The notes beneath the pieces are model-generated. The model did not search any database and had not been told where the DNA came from. It worked only from the letters and a program-made list of their open reading frames with translations. From positions 2,405 to 66,404 of the forward strand of contig DASTWS010000014.1 in the NCBI GenBank assembly GCA_035776755.1: a stretch of DNA of 64,000 nucleotides. The letters run 5' to 3'. The position numbers were made by a program, and so were the translations under genes. This document shows positions 25,915-36,200 of this stretch, in pieces. Origin of the DNA: Verrucomicrobiia bacterium. GTDB taxonomy: Bacteria > Verrucomicrobiota > Verrucomicrobiia > Limisphaerales > UBA11358. Position 1 is the first letter of the stretch. Every line of letters starts with the position of its first letter.

Positions 25915-28900
25915 TTACGGATAAGAAAGGCGGAAAAACATGCCGTTGTCGGGCGTTGAGATCGGCATGGCCAACCAATTGGTCGAGATTGAATCGGAAA
26001 CCGTCACCCAATTCGTTCCCAATCCGGCGCCGTTGGAATTGGTCTGCATCTCGAGCCGCCAGCCTAAATGATCCAGCGGCCAGGAGAATTGAATTTGATT
26101 TCCGCTGACGTGAATTGAAAGTTGCGGCGGCGACAATGAAATCGGCTCTGCCGTTACTTCCGCCGAATTTGCGCTTTCACCGGCGGAGTTCGTCGCCGCG
26201 ACGACGTAATAATAAAAATTCCCGTTGGCCACGGACGAATCAGTGAAATTCGTCGCGCTCGTCGAAGTAATTGGCGTATAGCTTCCACCCGAAACGAGAG
26301 CGCGTTTTAAATTGTAACCGGTCGCATTTACCGACGGATTCCATTGCAGGAAAACCACGGCGTTGCTGGAAATGGCCGTCAAATCCGACGGCGCAACCGG
26401 CGGCGGGGACCACGCCGGCGTCGAAACATTGTCAAACGTGGAAATGTTCAGCGTGCCGGAATTGCGCGAGCACACGGCAAAGCCCGCGAGCAACACGCTG
26501 TTCATCGTGAACGTGTTCGTGCCGATCGCCGTCCACGCGGCGCCGTCGTCGGAAACGTATCCGGTGAATGTATTACCGTTGCGCTGAAGCTTGAACCATT
26601 CCGGCGCGCTCGCCGCCGGGCCGTCAATCCAATTCATGTTTCCGCCGGTGCTCGACCGGGTTGGAAACCGCGCTTTGCCTTGCGCGCCATCAATCAACAC
26701 GGCGGCAATTTTCGAATTCGCGTTCGTGCTTTCGCGGAACATGATTCCCACTTTGTCATCCGCCGAACCGCCGAATTGTTCGTCCGATAAATGCGCGATA
26801 AAAGTTCCATTGTTGGTCATCGTCATGTAAGCAAAATTCAATGTGTCCGAGCCGCTGCCGATGTCGAAACCTTCGCCGCTGACGGTAAATACTCCGTCGT
26901 CGTAATTTCCGCTGCCGGCGACGCCGAGACTGCCGATATCCACGTCGTTCCATGGCGCGGGCAATCCGCCGCTGGCCGAAACTTCCATCGAATCGTAATC
27001 ACTTTCGCCGCAGGAATTCGTCGCCGAAATGACATAAAAATAACTGACGCCGCGCGTGATGCCGGCATCGGCGTAATTCGTCGTTGCAACATTGGCGATG
27101 GTGACGTAGGGGCCGCCGGATGAGGTGGCACGCTTGACGTTATAACCTTCCGCGCCGGAAGACGCGTTCCAATTCAAAATAATTTCCGGCGTTGCATCGC
27201 CGGCCGCGCTGACGCTCAACGGCGCTTGCGGACGCGGACAGGAATCGGCGGTGCTGTTCAAATACAAAATCACCGTGGATTGCGGCGCGACGTAAATTGT
27301 TCCGCTCATATTCAGGCCGGTGATCAAATTCGTCGCCGAAACAAAATCCGACGGCGTTTGTAATTGATACGTTTTGGTCGTGCTGCGATTGATGCCGATC
27401 AAATAATTTCCGTAGCGCGTCGCCCAAAATAACGCTTTTCCGCGGAACGGCCCGTCATCCGTCGCCAGCGGATCGCTTGCGGCAATGGGCAATCGCTCGC
27501 CTTGATATGCTTGGAGCGGATTGTCCGGCGGCGTGTATAAATTGGCCTCCGGCTTGTCCATCAGATTTGGCCGCGTGTAAAATGCGCCGCTGAAATCAAT
27601 TTGCGGCGAGACTTCCAAAACGCCGTAACGATCAAAATCATTCGTGCTGTAATAAAACCGTCCGATGCCATTCACGCCGGTTCCCGTTTTCGCCTGCCAA
27701 TAAGTTTCGAGCCAAAGCCGTTCGTTGCCGTGTTTGATGGCGACAATTCCATCTTCTTCATCCGCCCAGGCAAAATCCGGCTGGCCGTCGGTCGTCGGCA
27801 ATCGCACGCCACTGTCGGCCGCGGCGGAAACGATTTTGTAATCGTTGAAGACTTCCAAGGCGTCGCGCGAATCAGTTTGATTTCCGATCGAACTATACGC
27901 CGCGCCGCTCACGGTGAGGTTGTTGAAGTATTGATTGTCAGCGAGCATTTGTTTCGCGTAACCGATGAGATTGGTGTCGCCGGTCACTGCCGCGCCACGC
28001 AGCCCGAGCGCCCAGCCGGTGCGGTCGCCATAGGCAACTTCATCGGCGAAATCGCCGTCGGATTCATTGGCGCCGCGCCACGCGAGCAAGCCGATGCCTT
28101 CCATGTCGCGATAAAAATTATTGCTGCTGACTTCGATGGCCGGCCGACGAAAATGCGCACGTGCTTCGGCCATTTTCACGGCTTGTGTGCGAAAAATGGA
28201 ATTGGTCGTCCACGAATAAAAATCCGCCGCGTAAAACTGCATTTCGCCGTAGGCAATTCCGACGTAGCCCCATTCGCGCGTCAAACCTTTAGGCGTGACC
28301 TGGAAATAATTTGTGCCATGAGGACACGCGGAGCCGCCGCCGGGCAAATCGCTGCCGAGCCAGGGATCAATGCCAATTGCCTCGCGCAAATAACGTTCTC
28401 CCTCCGTTTCGGTAAAAGCATTTCCGTTCGTCAAATCCAATAAGCCGCGGTTTGCCCAGAAAATACTCGTGTCGCAGATCAATCCCTGGTTGCTCAAATA
28501 ATTCCGGTTATATCTTCCGTAATCCCGGCTCGCCAGGAGCATGTCGCCCCACGCTTTACGGCGCGTGACATTCCCGCCCGCGCCGAAATTTTGGATCACA
28601 TCAAGGTTCGTTTGAAGTTCCGGCAACAGGAGATGAATTGCCCAGCCGACATTTCCAAAATCGCCACCCCATGCAGCATCGGCAGTGCTTGGATGCGCGT
28701 AATAATTCGACGCAAAAAAATCATTCGCGGCGATGACTTTTTCCACGAGCGCAGGATTGGTATAGCTCACCGGAAAATTGGAAATCCAATATGCCTTGGC
28801 CAATTGCATCACATCCACCGTCGAAAAATTCGTCACGTTCGCACTCATGCGTCCGCTCAAGTAATTGCTGATGCCGCCGTAAAATTTACCACCCGGAGCG

Positions 28901-29628
28901 AGCGTGCTGGCGGTCGGCGTTGGGCGAACGGTCGTTGTCGGCGCGGAGCCCTGGACTTCGCCGGCGGGATTCAAGACCGGATCGGTGTGCGTGTAGGCCT
29001 GATAAATTCCGCGGCTGTTGGTCTTCATCAGGAATTGATAATTGCCGGAGGGTTCAACTCCCGAACCGAGCGGATAAATGCGACCGGTGGATTGAATCGT
29101 AAACGTCAAATTGGTCCGGCCTTTGGTCATCCAAAGTGGCAGCAGCGTTGTCGAATAAAAAAAACGTCCGGGCAGCGGCGGTTTGTAGGCGCAAACGTTC
29201 AGGCAGATATAATCGCCTTCGTGACGATAGCCGATTTGATAATTGGTATTCGCGCCGGCGACGAAATTAGACGCGGCGACGTAGAGATAAAGCCGTCCCA
29301 TGTCGGAAGCCTGGCCGTAAACAGAACTGAAATCATCGCCACCCCAGAATTTTACGGTTAAATAATTCCGCCAATTCGGATCCACCGTCAGCGTAAAGGT
29401 CAGATTGCCGCCGTTCACCGTCGCCGGATCATTTGTCGAACAACGTCGCGCCGTTTGTGCCGGAGCAATGGAATTGTTTGTGATGACAAAACTGGTCGGG
29501 CCGACAAATGAATGCGCTGTTTCTGAAGCCGAATCGCCAAAAACGATTGTGTCCAAATAAGTCTGCGCTCCGGCCATGCATGGCAACATCACGGCGCAAA
29601 GCAAAAGGCATTTCAGGGATTTAATCAT
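25915..29628 (-). CDS. Giant secreted protein: unassigned ~770-aa N-terminal region + 2 Fn3 + concanavalin-like (DUF1349-type) domain + conserved 60-aa C-terminal module
   Basis: 1237 aa with signal peptide MIKSLKCLLLCAVMLPCMAGA. Fn3 signatures are LNWNASSGAEGYNVKRATSSGGPY...YFYVISATN and LQWNPSVNATGYNLKRALVSGGSY...YYYVVAATN. The ConA-like block is WNDVDIGSLGVAGSGNYDDGVFTVSGEG...WFKLQRNGNTFTGYVSDDGAAW. The protein ends QIQFSWPLDHLGWRLEMQTN...GMFFRLSYP. Confidence 0.65.
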   Translation of the reverse strand: MIKSLKCLLLCAVMLPCMAGAQTYLDTIVFGDSASETAHSFVGPTSFVITNNSIAPAQTARRCSTNDPATVNGGNLTFTLTVDPNWRNYLTVKFWGGDDFSSVYGQASDMGRLYLYVAASNFVAGANTNYQIGYRHEGDYICLNVCAYKPPLPGRFFYSTTLLPLWMTKGRTNLTFTIQSTGRIYPLGSGVEPSGNYQFLMKTNSRGIYQAYTHTDPVLNPAGEVQGSAPTTTVRPTPTASTLAPGGKFYGGISNYLSGRMSANVTNFSTVDVMQLAKAYWISNFPVSYTNPALVEKVIAANDFFASNYYAHPSTADAAWGGDFGNVGWAIHLLLPELQTNLDVIQNFGAGGNVTRRKAWGDMLLASRDYGRYNRNYLSNQGLICDTSIFWANRGLLDLTNGNAFTETEGERYLREAIGIDPWLGSDLPGGGSACPHGTNYFQVTPKGLTREWGYVGIAYGEMQFYAADFYSWTTNSIFRTQAVKMAEARAHFRRPAIEVSSNNFYRDMEGIGLLAWRGANESDGDFADEVAYGDRTGWALGLRGAAVTGDTNLIGYAKQMLADNQYFNNLTVSGAAYSSIGNQTDSRDALEVFNDYKIVSAAADSGVRLPTTDGQPDFAWADEEDGIVAIKHGNERLWLETYWQAKTGTGVNGIGRFYYSTNDFDRYGVLEVSPQIDFSGAFYTRPNLMDKPEANLYTPPDNPLQAYQGERLPIAASDPLATDDGPFRGKALFWATRYGNYLIGINRSTTKTYQLQTPSDFVSATNLITGLNMSGTIYVAPQSTVILYLNSTADSCPRPQAPLSVSAAGDATPEIILNWNASSGAEGYNVKRATSSGGPYVTIANVATTNYADAGITRGVSYFYVISATNSCGESDYDSMEVSASGGLPAPWNDVDIGSLGVAGSGNYDDGVFTVSGEGFDIGSGSDTLNFAYMTMTNNGTFIAHLSDEQFGGSADDKVGIMFRESTNANSKIAAVLIDGAQGKARFPTRSSTGGNMNWIDGPAASAPEWFKLQRNGNTFTGYVSDDGAAWTAIGTNTFTMNSVLLAGFAVCSRNSGTLNISTFDNVSTPAWSPPPVAPSDLTAISSNAVVFLQWNPSVNATGYNLKRALVSGGSYTPITSTSATNFTDSSVANGNFYYYVVAATNSAGESANSAEVTAEPISLSPPQLSIHVSGNQIQFSWPLDHLGWRLEMQTNSNGAGLGTNWVTVSDSISTNWLAMPISTPDNGMFFRLSYP

Positions 29629-30631
29629 TTAAGGCAGGCATTCGTGATTCGCCGGTGGCGGTGTCCAAAGTCCATTTCTTTGGAGCTGGAAGAAATAATT
29701 TTCCGTTGCCCATTTCCAACGGCATCCAGAAATATCGCGAGTCCGACAATCGCGACGGCTTCCAGATGTCGGCCATGAAAAGGACAGTTGATGATTTTGT
29801 GCCGGTCACTTTGAACAGCATCGTAGATTGCGCGCCGTAAGTTTTGGTTTCGGGTGGAGCGATGTCTTTGAATTCCGACCATGGACCGGCCAGCGATTTT
29901 GCCGTCGCATATTTATTGGGATTGGGATCCCAGCCGGTCAATTCGGAGCCGACGACATAATAAAGCCCTCCGTAATGAACCAATGCCAATCCCTCAAGAT
30001 GATTCGTGAAGAGGCAAACCTGCTTTTCCACGTTCAGATAATCGTCCGACAATTTGGCGATGCGAAATCCAAACGGACGATCTTCAAAGAGCAGATATGC
30101 CGAGCCGTCGTCGTCAATAAATTGCCCGATGTCGCGGCTTTCGTGGCCGAGCGGACGGAAACTTTTTTGATAAACATAATTTCCATCCACCGTGTCACAA
30201 GTCGCAATGCCGACTCTCGCGAAATTGTAACCCGGTTCCTCGCCGGGCAATGCTCCGTCCAAATGGAAATACATCACGAATTTTTTGGTCTTGTTGTTGT
30301 AAAAAACTTTTGGCCGTTCCAACGCCCAGCCGCGCTGCAGATGCTCGACATTTGTCAGTGCCAATACCTGATTGCAAAAATGCCAATGCGCGAGATCCGT
30401 GGAGGAGTAACAACTGACGAATCGTTTTTCCGGCGAATTGCCCGGCGAACGGTCTTCGCCAAACCAATAAAAGGTATCCTTGAATTTAATGACGCCGCCG
30501 CCGTGCGCCTGAATGAATTCGCCGCGATCATCCAGCCAGCGTGCGCCGGGCACAATCGTTTGCGGTTCGGAAAAAACGTCGAGCGCAGCAAAGAGAATCG
30601 CCAGGCAAACTATAAATCCCGCGGCTTTCAT
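29621..30631 (-). CDS. Glycoside hydrolase family 43 (subfamily-24-like, exo-beta-1,3-galactanase-like), secreted
   Basis: The ORF track gives 29621..30706. I prefer ATG 30629-30631 (MKAAGFIVCLAILFAALDVFS), which overlaps the upstream stop as ATGA. Motifs are FIQAHGGGVIKFKDTFYWFGEDRS, ERPKVFYNNKTKKFVMYFH and SRDIGQFIDDDGSAYLLFED. These resemble five-bladed-propeller GH43 galactanases as I recall them. Confidence 0.7.
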   Translation of the reverse strand: MKAAGFIVCLAILFAALDVFSEPQTIVPGARWLDDRGEFIQAHGGGVIKFKDTFYWFGEDRSPGNSPEKRFVSCYSSTDLAHWHFCNQVLALTNVEHLQRGWALERPKVFYNNKTKKFVMYFHLDGALPGEEPGYNFARVGIATCDTVDGNYVYQKSFRPLGHESRDIGQFIDDDGSAYLLFEDRPFGFRIAKLSDDYLNVEKQVCLFTNHLEGLALVHYGGLYYVVGSELTGWDPNPNKYATAKSLAGPWSEFKDIAPPETKTYGAQSTMLFKVTGTKSSTVLFMADIWKPSRLSDSRYFWMPLEMGNGKLFLPAPKKWTLDTATGESRMPALND

Positions 30632-32295
30632 TTCAAAACCTCGAACGTTCGCTCGACTGGTTCGGCCGATTTTAATTTCGGTTCCATTGAACGGCCATAT
30701 TGCCATGCCACGACGGTGACGCGAACCGGAAATTTCGCGCGCGGCGGAATTTGCGTAAATATCAATTCATCGCCCGATATTTCCGCCGGACCTTCGCGGA
30801 CGAAATAATGCACGGGAACATTTGCGCTGGAGATCGCGTTCAATTTCAACAACTTGGTTCCAACTTTTTGATTTGGAATTTCTGGAAAAGTGATTTGCTG
30901 TTCCGCGCCCTGCGTGTTTTGCGCCGGAATGAACATGTGCGCCTGTTGCACGGCGGGCTTGAATTTCGCGTCGCCGGCACATGTCGCCGCAAAAACCAAT
31001 TCATAATTCCGCGCGTTGGTATTCAACAGCGTTTCTTTTTGAAATTGAACGGCAAAGGTTTCTGCTGAAAGTTTTTCAACCGGCCCGCAAACCGGATCAA
31101 TCGAAATGCTGCGATCGGTTGCGTGACCGAGCGGCGAACCGACCGGCAATTCCGCCCAGTCCGGCAATCGCGGGCTGCCGACCGGAACAGAATCGTAAAA
31201 TGCGCCAGCTAATTGGAACGTGACGCCGTCGGCTTCCGGTTCAAATTTCAAATCCACCTGCAAATGTTCGTTGCGTTGCGGAACCATTTTGCCGTCCTGC
31301 GTGTAACCAACCAATTGCGGTTTCAATCCGCGAAAGGCCGCTTCATATTTTTCCGTCGCGAGCGCCAATTCTTTGTCGAAGAACCAAAACGCTTCCTTCG
31401 GATCGCCGGTGTATTGGCCAACCGGCGCGGCGGGCGCGGCCGGCGGTTTGTCGCGACGCCATTTGTCCACAAGCCAGCCGCTTTTCGCCGGATCAATTGG
31501 ATTCAATTTTGGAGCAGAATTGCCGTCCCAATTTTTCGGCACGCGATATTCGACGCACTTCTTCAAATACAGCGCAAGGTATTCGATTTTCGCATCCGTG
31601 GCGGCGAAATGTCCTTGTCCCGGATTGGCCAACATCGAAAGCGGCATGAGCGGATGTTGCTCGCGCTCCGACAATCCTTCGCGCGACCAGGAATCGGCAG
31701 CTTCAAATTCGCCCATGCTTTCGAGGCAGGGAACAAAATCAATCGTGCGATCGCCCCAGATGTCCGGCGCGAAATCTTTGTTCCGCCAATACGGCCATTG
31801 TCCGCTGATGGACAGCGCGCAGAGCGTGCGATTTGGATTCCAGGCGGCAAAATAATACGGCCAGCTCGCGGCGGCGGAATGTCCCATCGGCACGACGGGA
31901 ACGAATTTCAATTCGGAATAACCCGACTCATCCGCGAGGCGATTCATGAAATCATTGAACGTGTCCCCTGCTCCTTCGTTGAACCGAAAGAGATGATCAA
32001 AAAATGGCGCGACCCAGACTTCGGCAAAATCCATTTTCGCAAGCGCATCGCGGAACTTTGAATTTTCCAGGATGGAAATTTCTTCCATGTTGTGCTGCGC
32101 GAGCACGACGCCGCGGATGTGTTTACAATTGGGAGGAATCCACAGCCACGCGCGCGCCGGGCCGTTCTGCGGTTTTTCGCTTTTGACCGGAACCGACCAC
32201 TGCCAGATGGCGGCGTCAGCTTTTTCCAGCATTGAAAAACAAAGGCAAACTACAATTAAAAACAAAAAACGGAGGTGATTCAAAGGTCCTCGCAT
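30628..32295 (-). CDS. Secreted protein of unknown function; N-terminal alpha/beta-hydrolase-like region (possible carbohydrate esterase)
   Basis: The ORF track gives 30628..32412. I prefer M40 (ATG at 32295; MRGPLNHLRFLFLIVVCLCFSMLEKADA), which removes overlap with the upstream gene. It contains ARAWLWIPPNCKHIRGVVLAQHN and a nucleophile-elbow-like PMGHSAAAS. About 300 C-terminal residues are unassigned. Confidence 0.45.
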   Translation of the reverse strand: MRGPLNHLRFLFLIVVCLCFSMLEKADAAIWQWSVPVKSEKPQNGPARAWLWIPPNCKHIRGVVLAQHNMEEISILENSKFRDALAKMDFAEVWVAPFFDHLFRFNEGAGDTFNDFMNRLADESGYSELKFVPVVPMGHSAAASWPYYFAAWNPNRTLCALSISGQWPYWRNKDFAPDIWGDRTIDFVPCLESMGEFEAADSWSREGLSEREQHPLMPLSMLANPGQGHFAATDAKIEYLALYLKKCVEYRVPKNWDGNSAPKLNPIDPAKSGWLVDKWRRDKPPAAPAAPVGQYTGDPKEAFWFFDKELALATEKYEAAFRGLKPQLVGYTQDGKMVPQRNEHLQVDLKFEPEADGVTFQLAGAFYDSVPVGSPRLPDWAELPVGSPLGHATDRSISIDPVCGPVEKLSAETFAVQFQKETLLNTNARNYELVFAATCAGDAKFKPAVQQAHMFIPAQNTQGAEQQITFPEIPNQKVGTKLLKLNAISSANVPVHYFVREGPAEISGDELIFTQIPPRAKFPVRVTVVAWQYGRSMEPKLKSAEPVERTFEVLK

Positions 32296-32323
32296 GGTGC
32301 TTGATTGTTTTCCCAATAGACGT

Positions 32324-33160
32324 TTAATCAGGTGATGTGGCTTCCATGGATTTGATTTTGAGCACATCCACGTCACCGATCGAATTGCCATTCCATGGAA
32401 TCGGCGTGGCAATGGTCTGTCCTAAATACCAGCGGATAAATTCCGCGTGACCATCGGCAAAGCTGAAGGTGCTGCCGGCTCCGTGATAAACGGCGGTTTT
32501 ATTGTTGATGCCCAAAACATCGGGATTCGGGTTGATGCCAAAGCCGCCGTCGTCAATGGATGGATGATTGGCATTGCCCGGATCGGGATGCGCATCTTCT
32601 TCGACAAAAACAAAAGCCTGGCTGGGATTGGGATAACGGATATCGGTTGATTTAATATTTTTGCGATAATGGCCGCCAGCCGGTGTCGTAAAGGCCGTGG
32701 TGTCCGCATCATTTCCGGCCATGAATTGATTGATGGAATAATCTCTTCCGCGAGGCTGTCCGCTTCCGGCGAACGTGATTTCCAATCTGTTTCCCGGGCA
32801 GCGATACACGTTCAAAGTTTTAACATACGGATACAAAAGTCCGTTTTCGATGTAATGATCATTGTCAATCGTATGGCTTGGCGAATACAACGTTGCACCA
32901 ACGACATTGCTGATCCAGCAGACATTTGCAAGCTTGTCATTGCTGACCAGATAATCGTTGTTGTCGCCTTGATAAATCACCCACGCCAAGCCCAATTGCC
33001 GGACGTTGCTGGTGCATTGGATGCGATACGCTTTTTTCTTCGCGGCGGCCAGGGCCGGCAGAAGTATCGCCGCGAGAATGGCGATGATGGCGATGACCAC
33101 CAGCAATTCAATCAGCGTGAATGCCTTTTTTTCATCGCGATTTATTTTACTTAAATTCAT
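32324..33160 (-). CDS. Prepilin-type N-terminal cleavage/methylation domain protein with H-X9-DG-type motif (pseudopilin-like)
   Basis: [13 protein letters not shown]|[45 protein letters not shown]-terminal region is [17 protein letters not shown]. Confidence 0.85.
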   Translation of the reverse strand: MNLSKINRDEKKAFTLIELLVVIAIIAILAAILLPALAAAKKKAYRIQCTSNVRQLGLAWVIYQGDNNDYLVSNDKLANVCWISNVVGATLYSPSHTIDNDHYIENGLLYPYVKTLNVYRCPGNRLEITFAGSGQPRGRDYSINQFMAGNDADTTAFTTPAGGHYRKNIKSTDIRYPNPSQAFVFVEEDAHPDPGNANHPSIDDGGFGINPNPDVLGINNKTAVYHGAGSTFSFADGHAEFIRWYLGQTIATPIPWNGNSIGDVDVLKIKSMEATSPD

Positions 33161-33219
33161 ATTTTATTGTCTCTGCTTCGGAAACGGAGCGCCACCACCC
33201 GCGACGCTCCGAGATTAAT

Positions 33220-36200
33220 TCACGGATAAACCAGCCGATAAAACACCGATCCATTGGTCGTGACGATGGGAATGCTCATCGAATTCACGCTCGTCGAGCC
33301 GGGCACATCGGTCCAATTGGTTCCCAGACCGGCGTCCAATGAATTGGTCTGCACCTGTAAACGCCATCCGGTATGGTCAGCCGGCCAGGTCAACATCAGG
33401 TTTCCATCGGAAATACTGGTGACGATATTTGTCGGCACGGTGGAAACAGTCACCAACGGCAGATATTGTGAAACGCCGTTGGTGTAGTTTGAATATACCT
33501 GCGCCGCGGACAACGCGCCTTCATAAATTGCCAATTTATTCATCCAGCCAGCGAGCGGCGCATCATTATTGGCAAGGGAAACGCCGAGCCAATCCACCGT
33601 ATCGTTCACACTGCCGCTCAGCGGCGAGTTGGTGGGCGTGCCGGTGCCGATCAATTCACCATTGATGTAAAACGCGGCGGTTCCGGCGTTCGGCGCGTAA
33701 ACGATGACCAATTGATATTCCGAACCATTGGTCAACGAATAACCCGCTTGAACGTCGGCGCCGTGGTTCGGCGTAAACATCGTCGCATGACCGCTGCCGG
33801 CATACGAGTCGAGCAATTCAATTTCGGAAATTTCACCGCCGGTGTTGTGCGGATTAAGTCCTTTGGCCGTGTTGCCAAAACCGAAGAATCGCGACCAGGT
33901 ATTGCGCTGCGTTTGGCCGCCCCACAATTCAACCGTCACATCGCCCATTCCGGAAATAATGCCCGCCGGCAAATTGATATAAGGCTCCGTCGTATAATCG
34001 CCGTCTCCCGGGAAAATCGCGTGTGTGCCATCAAATGAGATCGGTTTGTTCGTGCCGAGCGGCTCGTAAACCGTGCCATTGGCGCCACCAATCGTATCCA
34101 CCACGATGCTGGAATCCGGCGCGTTGGTGAAAAGATAGAGATGTTTCAACACCGGCGCATTCGCGATGCTCGTCACCGTAAATGCGTTGGCGGCCACATA
34201 AGTCGTTCCCAAATAACTGACGCCCAAATCCGCCGAGCCTTGCACATTGTTCGGCGTAATGACGCCGGCGGAATTCATCGAGCAAACCGGCGAACCCTGG
34301 TCAACAAATGAAATTGTGGCAAAGCCGGTGATATTGACGTTGTTCGTTCCCGGAAAATCCGCATACGCGCTGGCTTGCGCCGGGAGGAGTCCCAGCGAGC
34401 CGTCCAGATAAACCGTTCCCGGCGCGGCTTTCACCGTCACGGAAGTCGGCGCGAGATTTGTGACGTTCACATTCAATGTGTTCGCCTGATACGTCACCGT
34501 CAATGTCGCCACACCGGGCGTGGTTCCCGACGAAATCACGCCGTTTGTGTTTACCGTAAACACACCGGTATTGGATGAAGAATAATTGATGCCGGACAGT
34601 GACGTGATATTTCCGCCCATCGTGCCGTCAGAGAAATCCGCCAGCACCGTCGCGCTGAATGTCGCCGGACTTCCGGGCAACAGATTCGGAATCGGCGATT
34701 GCAAATAAATATTCGTCGCCGTCAGACCCGTGAGCGATTTGACGATTTGGAATCCCGCCAGGCGAAGGCGCGTCACCGGATTCGCATCGCCGATCCAATC
34801 CTGTCCCACCGCGCCCCATTGCACCGTTAAATTGTTGTCGGTCAGGCCGCTGAATTTGACGACGTTGCCGAATGGAACATCCGTGACGGACGCCGGCAAT
34901 CCTGTCGGCTGCGGCGCGGCGATGACATAGCCGCTGCCGTCGTTGGCCGGCGTGCTCGGATAAGTAATGCCGTTGTTGCGATACTGCGTCACGCCGTCAA
35001 TGATGAATTCTCCCGGACGATTCGTCTGCGTGGCATCATTCCAAACATAAAAATAAACGTCGTAGGAAGAATACGGCACATTGCTGACAACGATTTGGCT
35101 CAACAACGTCGTGCCGTCGTTCATGCCCTGATCAAACACCGTGTTGAACATCACGCTTTCATTCGTCGTGCGCGTTCCCAAATCCAGCAATGCCTGGTTG
35201 AACGGATTGTTCGGCATCAATTGAACCACCGTGCCGCTCAATGCGTTGCCCTGATAATCCACCGGATTATCAATTTCGTTCGTCACGCTGCCAAAGCTCA
35301 TCACCATGTTGTTCCAATACGCCACGCGCGCGCCCGGCGCGCCGGACAAATCATGGAAACTCATCGGATTGCTTGAATCGGTCAAATTGACGCTCAAGGC
35401 CGGAACACTTCCCGGCGCCGCGTAAGCCGTCACCGCGCCTGCGTTGTTTGTGGTCACCGACATTTGATCGTAAGTGCCCGTCACGCTGAACGAACCGGCG
35501 GCCAATGCCGTAATCGTGCCATTTGAATTGATCGTAATGGTTGAAGGCGTCGTCGTGCTGAAGGAAACAAATTTATATGAGTTTACCGGAATGTTCGTCG
35601 CGTCGCTAAATGTCGCCAGCAAAGTTGCGACCGTTTTATCGCCCTGTCCGTTGCCGGCCAGCAAATTGGTTTTGTTCACGCTGACGCTCAATGAAGCCGG
35701 CCCGATGACGTTGATCGGATTAGTCAAAGACAAACCGGAATAGGAAACGATCAAATTCGCCGCGCCGTTCGTGCCCGGCGTCAGCAATCCGCCGTTGCTG
35801 ACCGTCGCGATATTGGTATTGTCCACGGAATAAGCAATTCCCGGCGCCGTTGTTTCGTCCACGCCGGTTGCGCCCGTCTCCAAATCCGCCAGAACCACGA
35901 GCTGTTTGCCGACCGGATTGCCGGCATGCAGCGTCAAATTGGACGATTGCAAATAAAGATTCGTCGGGCCGCCGGTTGCCACCTGCGCAATTTGAAATCC
36001 TGAAAATTTCAACCGCGCCGTGTTGTCCGCGCCGGACACCGTCGCGCCGCTCACAGCCACAAATTGGATCTTCAACGTGGAATTGGTTTGATTCGCAAAT
36101 TTCACGTAATTTCCCAACGGCACATCCGAAGCGCTGGCAGGCACCGTGGAAAGATTGGCTTCAATATAACCGCTGCCCGTCGTGCTGTTGGGGATGCTCT

